Source: a virus
Lineage: Duplodnaviria > Heunggongvirae > Uroviricota > Caudoviricetes
DNA: 22,778 bases
Virus record (IMG/VR): IMGVR_UViG_3300032665_000003
Direction: 5' to 3' (one strand)
The position numbers were made by a program, and so were the translations under genes. Shown one piece after another: positions 14,467 through 22,279 of the stretch (position 1 is the stretch's first letter; every line of letters begins with the position of its first letter). The notes below the pieces were generated by a model. That model saw nothing but the letters and a program-made list of their open reading frames with translations, was not told the DNA's origin and did not search any database.

Positions 14467-15612
14467 TTATCGGCCTTGAAGATTTTGACGAGAAAATCCC
14501 ATACGATCAACAAACTTAAGACCTTGTGCGACGAAACCCTCATGTGTCTGTGATCCATCCTGCAAATATCCCTTTACGGGACTATGTGTAGCTGATGCGT
14601 CTAATTGTTTCACTACATTCATTTTAAGATTGTACAATGATATCCAAACTTTGAAGGCACCTACTAGGCCTTCTTTGTTTACTTCTAGATGTTCTAGAAT
14701 TTTTTGCTTCATGGCGTCGGACATAGGTCTAGCTTTTACATACTCTAAAAAGTCTTTTATTAAATTAGTAAGACTACCTGACACAATTTTCTTGTTGATG
14801 TAAACTGTAAAAAGTTGATTGAATGTATTTCTAGCCTGAGGGGCAGTATTCATCAAATCTTTGATTGATGGTCCATACTGCTGTAGTTCTCTTTCTGCTA
14901 CGTTCTTGAGTCTAGCTGGCATTTTTAATTTAGGTGTAATCGGCATCTTACTAGGTACTATAGCTACATTAGAAGCATTTTGTAGATTACCCAATGATCC
15001 GTTCAATGAAACAGCCTCATCAGTTGACGCCGACTGAGCCGGTATAAACTGGTGGACAGCAATACCAGCGGCTTTTCCTGCTAGTAGTTTACCAACGTCG
15101 CTGTTTACATCTACTGTATATGCAATTCCATTAGGATTGGCTCTAAACTTGAATACCCCATTTTCATCCTTAAGTGGACTGCTAAATAAAAGATCACCCC
15201 AGTAGTAACCATTTCCACCGCGATCATCTTTTTCCAAACCAGACCAAATAGTACCAATCAGATGGTATAGATTTCCTCTGTCTACTCCTCTGGCCCGATC
15301 ATATTCCATAAATTGTTCAGGACTGTATACTGCTCTACCAGTGCCGTCCTTTTTATTAAACATGTGCTTATCCATGATGGAGAATTTTCCATCAGATCCT
15401 CGACCGAATATAAGCGCAGGATACCCGTCCCATTTGATAGTTATAGAGTTTGGTTGATTTACAGTTGCTTCTATTGCAGATATTGCGCGTTTTGCACCTT
15501 CCTCATCCCCTAAAAAAACTAAATCTTCAGGATGATCCAAATGACCTTTGCCTTCAACAACTACGGTGTTGATGGATTCCAGTTTATCTATTAAGGCCCT
15601 GAGGTCACTCAT
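14467..15612 (-). CDS. DUF6267-like protein; putative ATP-dependent ligase-fold nucleotidyltransferase
   Basis: HLDHPEDL and TIKWDGYPALIFG resemble DUF6267 as I recall it. KxDG, GDLLF, EGFV and KFV occur in ligase motif order. Confidence 0.7.
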   Translation of the reverse strand: MSDLRALIDKLESINTVVVEGKGHLDHPEDLVFLGDEEGAKRAISAIEATVNQPNSITIKWDGYPALIFGRGSDGKFSIMDKHMFNKKDGTGRAVYSPEQFMEYDRARGVDRGNLYHLIGTIWSGLEKDDRGGNGYYWGDLLFSSPLKDENGVFKFRANPNGIAYTVDVNSDVGKLLAGKAAGIAVHQFIPAQSASTDEAVSLNGSLGNLQNASNVAIVPSKMPITPKLKMPARLKNVAERELQQYGPSIKDLMNTAPQARNTFNQLFTVYINKKIVSGSLTNLIKDFLEYVKARPMSDAMKQKILEHLEVNKEGLVGAFKVWISLYNLKMNVVKQLDASATHSPVKGYLQDGSQTHEGFVAQGLKFVDRMGFSRQNLQGR

Positions 15613-16946
15613 TGTGCTGTTTGATTAATGTCTGCTATAATTTTTTTATATTCAGCTGGGTTTTTGTTTTTTAGTGAGTCCAACGAGGCCTTTATTTGTT
15701 CCGAAGAAGTAGAGAGTGACCCTGATGTAGATGGGGTATTTTTTATTAATTCAGGTTTAGCTGCGGCTGTAAGTTTGAACGCTAATAATGCCAATTTTTG
15801 GAGTGCTTCATTGCCCTTGTCTTTGCTATACGTAGCATCTACTTGGCTAAGTAAATCACTGATTAGCTTTTGTTGGTTATCATTAATGTTTACTCCGTGC
15901 ATATAGTTATAAAACCAGCTATTCAATATCTGAGAAGGTTTTCCTTTAGGGGCAGCGGGTTGTGGTGGCGCCGTCTTTGGTGCGGCGGCCTGTGGCGCTA
16001 CCGTCTTTGGTGCGGCGGCCTGTGGCGCTACCGTCTTTGGTGCGGCGGCCGATGACGCAGGCTTTGTGCCGAATCTAGGAGTATTAACCGCTTTAGGCGC
16101 AGTTGGTTTTGGTGCATTGCCGGTAGTTCTAGCCAAAGTAGGATCATATTCTGATATGATACTTTCAAGTACGTAATTTAATCTATCATACGGTGAGACT
16201 ACGACGGAAACTGGCTTGCAAGTGCTTATAAAGACTCCAGATCCTTTAACACTTTCAGTCAACCTAATACGAAGACCTAGATTAGCCCAAACCAGTCCGT
16301 GTTCCTTAAGCATTTTACTTATAGCGCGATATACACTCTGGGTCAAGAACCTTTCACCTGCCTTGCTGCTTGCTGTCCATGCTGGTGCTAGCTTACTGAC
16401 ATCGTATCCAGCATTTGCAAATTTTAAAATCTTATTAGCAGCAAAGGCGCCACTTTCCTTATCACCCTTAGCTAATTTTTGCATATCTCCTTGCAAGCTT
16501 GCAACCATATTAGCCGGAAGAGGCTTTGCATTTGGTGTAGGTTGAATACTACGTACTTGTCCTTTAAGGTTTTCATAAGGGTCTGTGGATGCTGTATTTT
16601 GTGTAGTTGCAGTTGCAGCAGTCGGGGCAGAAGATGCTGCTGTTGGACCCGCAGACCCTGTCGGGGCAGAAGATGCTGCTGTTGGACCCGCAGACCCTGT
16701 CGGGGCAGCTGGTGCTGCTGATACCCTAGTGGCAGGAGCAGCTACATTAGCCAAAGCCGTTGATGCACTCTTAAGAAAGCTATTGATGAAGTTTTTCTGG
16801 GTTAAATTCTGTTGTGCCCGTTTCATCATTGGCTCAGCGTACTTACCGAGTGTATTCGTAATAGTAGATGCTCCGTAATCTCCAAATACGTTGCTCAATA
16901 GACCCTCATCTACTTGCTTAGGTGAATTAAACTCATTTATCTTCAT
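15609..16946 (-). CDS. Ala/Pro/Thr-rich late protein (445 aa) with two tandem-repeat linkers; possible internal head/ejection protein
   Basis: Strong TAAGGAGG SD and ATGA overlap with the downstream gene. Confidence 0.75.
   Translation of the reverse strand: MKINEFNSPKQVDEGLLSNVFGDYGASTITNTLGKYAEPMMKRAQQNLTQKNFINSFLKSASTALANVAAPATRVSAAPAAPTGSAGPTAASSAPTGSAGPTAASSAPTAATATTQNTASTDPYENLKGQVRSIQPTPNAKPLPANMVASLQGDMQKLAKGDKESGAFAANKILKFANAGYDVSKLAPAWTASSKAGERFLTQSVYRAISKMLKEHGLVWANLGLRIRLTESVKGSGVFISTCKPVSVVVSPYDRLNYVLESIISEYDPTLARTTGNAPKPTAPKAVNTPRFGTKPASSAAAPKTVAPQAAAPKTVAPQAAAPKTAPPQPAAPKGKPSQILNSWFYNYMHGVNINDNQQKLISDLLSQVDATYSKDKGNEALQKLALLAFKLTAAAKPELIKNTPSTSGSLSTSSEQIKASLDSLKNKNPAEYKKIIADINQTAQ
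15961..16050. repeat. 30-bp tandem repeat x3 (AAAPKTVAPQ)
   Basis: ccgtctttggtgcggcggcctgtggcgcta is perfectly periodic over 15971-16050. Confidence 0.95.
16621..16708. repeat. 39-bp perfect tandem repeat x2.3 (APTGSAGPTAASS)
   Basis: gtcggggcagaagatgctgctgttggacccgcagaccct at 16621 and 16660, partial copy at 16699. Confidence 0.95.
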
Positions 16947-17181
16947 GATTCCTCCTTATGGACTTCGAAAATCTTGCTTGATCTTTACCTTTGATAGCGC
17001 TAAGCAATTTCTTTTCAAGAAATTCTGCTTTTTCAGGAGAATAATTACGATTCATCAATTCAATTAGATTGATAGCACTGGTAATAATATTGGAAGCCCG
17101 AGACTCAATAATATGATTGACATCACGGTTTTCACCATATGCTTGTAATTCCTCAAGAAGGCTTTTTGTTTTCTTTTGCAT
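16933..17181 (-). CDS. Hypothetical late protein (82 aa, helical)
   Basis: First gene after the late promoter at 17204-17211. AGGA SD. Confidence 0.78.
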   Translation of the reverse strand: MQKKTKSLLEELQAYGENRDVNHIIESRASNIITSAINLIELMNRNYSPEKAEFLEKKLLSAIKGKDQARFSKSIRRNHEDK

Positions 17182-17203
17182 TGGGTAAAGATCCTACTGA
17201 CAG

Positions 17204-17211
17204 TATTTATG
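17204..17211 (-). promoter_or_regulatory. Late promoter CATAAATA overlapping the helicase stop codon
   Basis: TCA-TAA-ATA at the end of the helicase gene. Confidence 0.7.
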
Positions 17212-18616
17212 ATTTCTTGAGAGAATTTAACAACGATTTTAATTGTGCAGATTTGACATCTGCAACTACGTGCTTTGGTGCTGCTTCTACAGTTGCATGT
17301 ACCGCTGCGTCTACTGAGCCAACTTGGCTAGTTGTTTTTATTTTACTGATAATGTCATTAGCAGACGGTTGTGGTTTGTAATCATTTTCTGGATCTTCGT
17401 CGGTTATTCTCATGGTTTCGATGTTATATTCTAAGTCGATCTTTTGACCCACTCCAGTGGAACTACGAGACTTCATACACTGAATTTGATACTTTCCGCG
17501 TTCACGCATTGACCTGGAAGTGAAAATACCAAACACATAGTCTGCTGTGTTGATCTTTGAAATACCACCAGCAATGTGTGAGTGATCGAACTCAATTTCT
17601 TCAACTGCCGAACGATTCAACTGCGATGCCGTAACCATCAGAACACCTAATTCCTTAGCTAGATTACGTAGTTCTTCTGAAACATACTTGTCCTTGATAA
17701 ACTGATCATTAGGATTTACTTTTACGGAGACTGGCATGACTAGATCGAGATAATCGATCATCACAAAATCTACTTTGATGCCAGTCTGAATCTGAACTTC
17801 TTTTAGATAGCTTCGAATATCATTTACGTTAGACTGTGCCGGAAGACCCTTAACACGATACTTACCAGACTTTCTAGCAACCATCTTGACTTTTAGCTCA
17901 GCAGTATCCATATCCTTTCGAATATCTTTTGTACTCATGCTAGTCAACATGGCATCAGTACGTAGCGAAGTCAATTCTTCTGATAGTTCTAGCGTTATGT
18001 ATACTCCGCTTAACCCTTGCTGTAGCCAGTTTAGAGCCAGATTCATCATCACCAATGATTTACCCGAGCCCGAACCACCTGCAAAGATGTTCAACTCTCC
18101 TCGACTCATGCCACCATACATGACACGATCAAGCTGTGGCCAACCTGTGCTTACTTGACCACCTGCATTGAAGTATTTGTTTAGTCGCTCTTTTGGATCA
18201 GCAAAGTAGTCTGTACCCATATCTCGTTGCAATGAAATCTGAATAGCATCTTTTATTAATTTTTCAATTGGATTAAAGTCGCCCTTCTCTAGCATATCCG
18301 CTGCTTTAAGAATGGCTCGCTCAAGCTCTTGTCTCTTAGTGAATGATTCGAATTCTTCTAGAAACCAATCATAGTGTCCATCAGTAAGCTCTGGTATAGG
18401 TTCTATGCTAACACCAGTCGTAGCCTTGATCTGAATAGGATCCGGCATAACATTATATTTGGTAGCGTGTTCTACCAAGAATTCTGCGGATGCTCTCAGC
18501 GTCCTATCAAAATTATTTGGATTCATGATGTTTATGACGCGAGTATATAACTCGGCGTTGGTTACCATCATACGTAGAAAGAGCGTCTGTACGTCTATGT
18601 TATATTCTTTTGTCAA
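17207..18616 (-). CDS. Replicative DNA helicase, DnaB/T4 gp41 family
   Basis: TTG start. Walker A GGSGSGKS, Walker B VMIDYLDL, TASQLNR and KSRSS motifs. Confidence 0.95.
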   Translation of the reverse strand: MTKEYNIDVQTLFLRMMVTNAELYTRVINIMNPNNFDRTLRASAEFLVEHATKYNVMPDPIQIKATTGVSIEPIPELTDGHYDWFLEEFESFTKRQELERAILKAADMLEKGDFNPIEKLIKDAIQISLQRDMGTDYFADPKERLNKYFNAGGQVSTGWPQLDRVMYGGMSRGELNIFAGGSGSGKSLVMMNLALNWLQQGLSGVYITLELSEELTSLRTDAMLTSMSTKDIRKDMDTAELKVKMVARKSGKYRVKGLPAQSNVNDIRSYLKEVQIQTGIKVDFVMIDYLDLVMPVSVKVNPNDQFIKDKYVSEELRNLAKELGVLMVTASQLNRSAVEEIEFDHSHIAGGISKINTADYVFGIFTSRSMRERGKYQIQCMKSRSSTGVGQKIDLEYNIETMRITDEDPENDYKPQPSANDIISKIKTTSQVGSVDAAVHATVEAAPKHVVADVKSAQLKSLLNSLKKS

Positions 18617-19577
18617 GCGTTCTCCGTTGCATCTTAAGCTTGATTTTGCTAGTAGTTGCGCTTTGCAATATACTTAGCAGAGTAGGAAGTCTTCCATACT
18701 TTCTAACAGCATCATTGGTGTCTTTTATTCCTTCGGCCCAATTTGGTATACTCACCTGAAAACCCAAATCTAGCGCTCGGTCACATATAGCTAGCCCTGT
18801 CTTATCCAAATCAGGAACTACAATAATACGTTTATTAAGGCGACGAAGAACCTCTGCTTGTTCGTCGCTTATAGTATCATGAGTTAGTGCGCAGCCATTG
18901 ATACTGAGTGCGTCAAATATGCCCTCAACAACGATACATACTTCCCATTCTGGTTTTTGTAAGTCGAAGCCAAATACGAATCCGGGTTGTTGCTCCTTAA
19001 TATATTTGGGAAATCTGTCATCTAGATATCTGCTTATATGACCGACAACTTTATTATTGAAAGTATATGGAATGATAATTCTATTAGCATTTCTACCTTC
19101 ATCTTTAGGAGTGATTAAAAATGGATAATCGTTTGGTTGAAATCCTCTTGTGGAAAGATAGTCTATAAAAGGTTTATGCTCAGGACAGGCAGAATCAATC
19201 ATTATAGCATTTTGTGGTAGCGGTATCTCATTAAATCTTACTTTCTTGAGATTTTTCTTTATCGTATATAGGTCTACTAAATCTCGATGCTGAAGGCTCT
19301 CAAAATTCCATTTAGTAATCTCACTGTCACCGACACCGCACCAAAGCAATAATTGTCGTAGATTCTTACTAATTTGTTTACCTAAGGTAAATCCGCACTT
19401 GTAATCGCAGTTAAAGCAATGAAACGACCAGTTAACGTCTGTTATAAACTTGATTCCGCCGCGCATACGTTTATCTGCTTTATGACCGCGATGATGACAG
19501 CACGGTGCATTAAAGCTAATCCAGCCACTACCGGTAGTCTTCTTTTTTCCCGGAATTACTGACAGAATATTAAACAT
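18600..19577 (-). CDS. DNA primase, DnaG/T4 gp61-like
   Basis: N-terminal Zn-binding NAPCC...HCFNC, TOPRIM VVEGIFDALS and VPDLDKTG, KDTND. Adjacent to the helicase. Confidence 0.92.
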   Translation of the reverse strand: MFNILSVIPGKKKTTGSGWISFNAPCCHHRGHKADKRMRGGIKFITDVNWSFHCFNCDYKCGFTLGKQISKNLRQLLLWCGVGDSEITKWNFESLQHRDLVDLYTIKKNLKKVRFNEIPLPQNAIMIDSACPEHKPFIDYLSTRGFQPNDYPFLITPKDEGRNANRIIIPYTFNNKVVGHISRYLDDRFPKYIKEQQPGFVFGFDLQKPEWEVCIVVEGIFDALSINGCALTHDTISDEQAEVLRRLNKRIIVVPDLDKTGLAICDRALDLGFQVSIPNWAEGIKDTNDAVRKYGRLPTLLSILQSATTSKIKLKMQRRTLDKRI

Positions 19578-19583
19578 AAAGGT

Positions 19584-19611
19584 ATTGTAACACTTACTGA
19601 GTAAAACTCAA
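19584..19611 (-). promoter_or_regulatory. sigma70-type promoter TTGAGT-N16-TACAAT with extended -10 (TGT), 6 nt before ATG (leaderless)
   Basis: -10 at 19584-19589, -35 at 19606-19611, no SD. A 9-bp bulged hairpin (19594-19615) overlaps the -35. Confidence 0.65.
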
Positions 19612-19624
19612 GTAATACGGTAAC

Positions 19625-20404
19625 TTAGCGAGATAGAATATTGGTGACCGCGCCGGCGTTGCTAGAAAATACCATACGAACAAACGGATGGAAACCTTTT
19701 ATAGTGTATCCAAAAGTATCAGTAACATCCTCGTATGTATTGTTAAGAATAGGATACCAATCAGCGTCAGGTTGGGTAGATCCTTCAATTGTCACATCAC
19801 CATTGTATTGGTCATAGCTAGCCTGTATAGTGAGTATAGGATTGTCTTCTGTGTTTATGACACTACTATAGTATGCTCTTGAATTCGCAGGAACAGACCA
19901 TTCAGCATTATTGTTTAGATTAGGAAAGGCTTGACCAGACGGAATAGTAACATTGGATGAAGGGACAAATGCAGGAAGCACAGAATTGACAATATTCATA
20001 TCGCCCCTTGCGCCTGCATTTTGATCCACGAAGACCGGATATCCGAAGTCTCCGATAGGAATCTCTAGAGAATAGTGACATTTCTGCGCAGGAATGTCCT
20101 CGATGTCAGCCGCATTTAAATTCAAAGACGCAATTCCAGTAAGAGGAAGATCCAAATCTAAGGCTTTGTTAATTAATACAGCATTACCGTCATAGCTGAT
20201 AACTCTGCAGGTGATTGATTTACCTGTAATGTCGACGGGCTTTTGTTCCTGATTGAGAAACTGAAATTGGATTTTATTGTCCACACCTCTGTGTAGCGTT
20301 AGTGGTTTGGCGTACTGGGGCATGTATATTCTCGCTGAGTTACCTACTAGTAGGACAACAATCTGGCGTTGGACATACACGAATACTTGAGTACTATAAG
20401 CCAT
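19625..20404 (-). CDS. Putative virion structural protein (259 aa; BppU-N/Ig-like N-terminal domain)
   Basis: LTLHRGVDNKIQFQFLNQEQKPVDITG pattern, beta-rich, late promoter. Confidence 0.6.
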   Translation of the reverse strand: MAYSTQVFVYVQRQIVVLLVGNSARIYMPQYAKPLTLHRGVDNKIQFQFLNQEQKPVDITGKSITCRVISYDGNAVLINKALDLDLPLTGIASLNLNAADIEDIPAQKCHYSLEIPIGDFGYPVFVDQNAGARGDMNIVNSVLPAFVPSSNVTIPSGQAFPNLNNNAEWSVPANSRAYYSSVINTEDNPILTIQASYDQYNGDVTIEGSTQPDADWYPILNNTYEDVTDTFGYTIKGFHPFVRMVFSSNAGAVTNILSR

Positions 20405-20430
20405 GGTTACTTGTTATCCCTATCATCATA

Positions 20431-20438
20431 TATTTAGT
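20431..20438 (-). promoter_or_regulatory. Late promoter ACTAAATA
   Basis: 26 nt upstream of ATG 20404, with a GGGA SD. Confidence 0.65.
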
Positions 20439-20475
20439 CTTAGAAATATGAAAATATTATCTTTGGGCAAAATAG

Positions 20476-20483
20476 TGTAAATA
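20476..20483 (+). promoter_or_regulatory. Late promoter TGTAAATA, divergent from 20431-20438
   Basis: 9 nt upstream of ATG 20493, no SD. Confidence 0.55.
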
Positions 20484-20492
20484 TAGTATAGT

Positions 20493-20873
20493 ATGAGCAG
20501 CAACGAATTTTTCAAGAAATTAAGTGAAAATCACCCGTTTATTTCGGTGTGTTCCTATGCGCAACAAGATTATGTGGGCATCATTCAAAACAGGGATGAT
20601 ATGGTCACTACGCTCTATGACTATGGTGCAATAGTTCAGTCTGAGTTGCGAGCTAAGTTTTTAGAATTAGGTGATATATGGTGGTGGGAATCGAATAGAT
20701 CGATCCCCATCAACATATTTCTCAAAGAAGAATGGGCTATCTTTAGACCATACATTCGAACATTCAATAACAAGAGTTTGATCGTTCTTCACGGACCCGT
20801 AGTTAGCATTACTGAATTTACTAAAAAGCGGGCTAAAAGAAAGAGCATCACACTGGTTAAGCGTTTGCCCTAG
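20493..20873 (+). CDS. Hypothetical late protein (126 aa, WWWESNRSIPINIFLK motif)
   Basis: Only plus-strand gene in the right half. Basic C-terminus. Confidence 0.8.
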   Translation: MSSNEFFKKLSENHPFISVCSYAQQDYVGIIQNRDDMVTTLYDYGAIVQSELRAKFLELGDIWWWESNRSIPINIFLKEEWAIFRPYIRTFNNKSLIVLHGPVVSITEFTKKRAKRKSITLVKRLP

Positions 20874-21367
20874 CGGCCTTTTTTTGCGTCTTTGGTTCTC
20901 TTTTCTTTAGCCATTTTCATACTAAGATCACCCACACGCTGATCAAATGTTATTCCCATCAGATGATCATACTCATGAAGGAAAACACGGGCCATAAACC
21001 CAGAAATTTCTTCTTGTTTGGTTTCTCCTGTGGTCGTTTGATATTCAACCATGGCGCCGGCGGGCCTCTTTACCTTAAGGTAAAGATTAGGAAAGCTTAG
21101 ACAGCCTTCAAGCGAAAAGTCTCGTTCCTCTGATAACGCGACAATCTTTGGATTGATGCAGACAACCATCTTAGTAAAGTTACCCATGATAAAGATACGC
21201 TTCTTAATTCCGCACTGCGGAGCGGCAAGACCGACGCCCCCGTTTTCAGTTAGAACACGAACCATTTCCTTTACTAGATCGGTCGGATCACCGTCAACTT
21301 CAAAATCCCATAATTCGGAAACTTCTAATAGTTGCGGATCGTTTTCTTTTAAGAGTTCTAATTTCAT
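20870..21367 (-). CDS. def: Peptide deformylase
   Basis: All three PDF motifs present: GVGLAAPQCG, EGCLS and HEYDHLMG. Confidence 0.96.
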   Translation of the reverse strand: MKLELLKENDPQLLEVSELWDFEVDGDPTDLVKEMVRVLTENGGVGLAAPQCGIKKRIFIMGNFTKMVVCINPKIVALSEERDFSLEGCLSFPNLYLKVKRPAGAMVEYQTTTGETKQEEISGFMARVFLHEYDHLMGITFDQRVGDLSMKMAKEKRTKDAKKGR

Positions 21368-21612
21368 CGCTTTAACACATCCATCATTTTTTCTTTACCC
21401 ATTTTGTCTTCGTCGTATAGTTGCACATATCTAACTACAATGACTGTTATCAGTACTATCAGTCCAAATATGATGGCGGTCGCAACATATCCAAAATGTC
21501 TTAACGCATATATTTCACTAAATATCAACGCAACAACACCAATTGTAATAGGTAACCACTTTACACCGTCCCAGATGGCCTGTAATACTAACCTAATGTT
21601 AATTAATTTCAT
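21364..21612 (-). CDS. Small membrane protein (two hydrophobic segments)
   Basis: ATG 21612 (MKLINIRL) overlaps the upstream stop region. ATGA overlap with def. Confidence 0.65.
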   Translation of the reverse strand: MKLINIRLVLQAIWDGVKWLPITIGVVALIFSEIYALRHFGYVATAIIFGLIVLITVIVVRYVQLYDEDKMGKEKMMDVLKR

Positions 21613-21883
21613 CTCCTTTTCCTGCAAAAATGTTAGACCAGATTTTTAGACGTTCTAGCTTAGCTGCCTTTGATATCTCTAGTTGGTCTGCTGAGATAAT
21701 TCCTCGTGATACCAATAAGTCTACCATGCACAATAGATCACCTAACTCATTAGCCAGTAGCTGTCTATTAGTCGGACCAGTAAAGTTAGAGTCCAAACCA
21801 AATCGAAGTGATTTAGTTACTATCTGTGTTACCTCGGCACATTCTTCTGCTGTAATAACTAGAATTTCTTCATTCACTGTCAT
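21599..21883 (-). CDS. Short MazG-like (all-alpha NTP pyrophosphohydrolase) protein
   Basis: EECAEVTQIVTKSLRFG...LANELGDLL acidic motif pair. Confidence 0.75.
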   Translation of the reverse strand: MTVNEEILVITAEECAEVTQIVTKSLRFGLDSNFTGPTNRQLLANELGDLLCMVDLLVSRGIISADQLEISKAAKLERLKIWSNIFAGKGDEIN

Positions 21884-22217
21884 CAGTTTCCCATTCCCAA
21901 CCTTGCTCTGGTCTCAGGTCTATTAAGAATTCTTTTTCTTTGGGACAACTGCTAAACTCCAACTGGCAGTCCAACCTGTAAAAATCATCCCACGGTTCAC
22001 CCTCAGTTGAGATGACATATCCTTGACTTTTTAGGCAATCAAGAAATATGTATCCACCTACTGCACTGTGCCAGTAGACAGATCCGTCTGCCTTTTTCAT
22101 GATCAGATAGGCATCGTGTTTGTCTTCGGCGTATCCAATCAACCGCACAACCTCAGTGTCTACCAGTACTGGTTCGTTGAAATGCTTTTCACACATTTCT
22201 CGAATGTGATTACGCAT
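21870..22217 (-). CDS. Hypothetical early protein (115 aa, acidic)
   Basis: Clean ORF overlapping the downstream gene start. GGAA SD-like sequence. Confidence 0.7.
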   Translation of the reverse strand: MRNHIREMCEKHFNEPVLVDTEVVRLIGYAEDKHDAYLIMKKADGSVYWHSAVGGYIFLDCLKSQGYVISTEGEPWDDFYRLDCQLEFSSCPKEKEFLIDLRPEQGWEWETDDSE

Positions 22218-22279
22218 TTTGTTCCATTATGGAAACTTGAACGTCAACTTCTAAAATTTTGTTCCTAGAAAGCACTTGC

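Noticed and set aside
17182-17225. SD-occluding hairpin at the helicase-to-late-cluster junction
   Set aside because: Only about 6 bp with a bulge (aaga-aa-tc/gatctt) can be drawn, which is too weak to claim, unlike the junctions at 933 and 11101.
17207-19577. Intein or intron in helicase or primase
   Set aside because: Both are normal length with contiguous motifs and show no splice or intein signatures.
22216-22265. 10-bp direct repeat attttgttcc (22216, 22256), a ttcca-tta-tggaa hairpin, and a TTGACG hexamer
   Set aside because: Short and AT-rich. TTGACG has no -10 at proper spacing. Not enough to call a promoter or operator.
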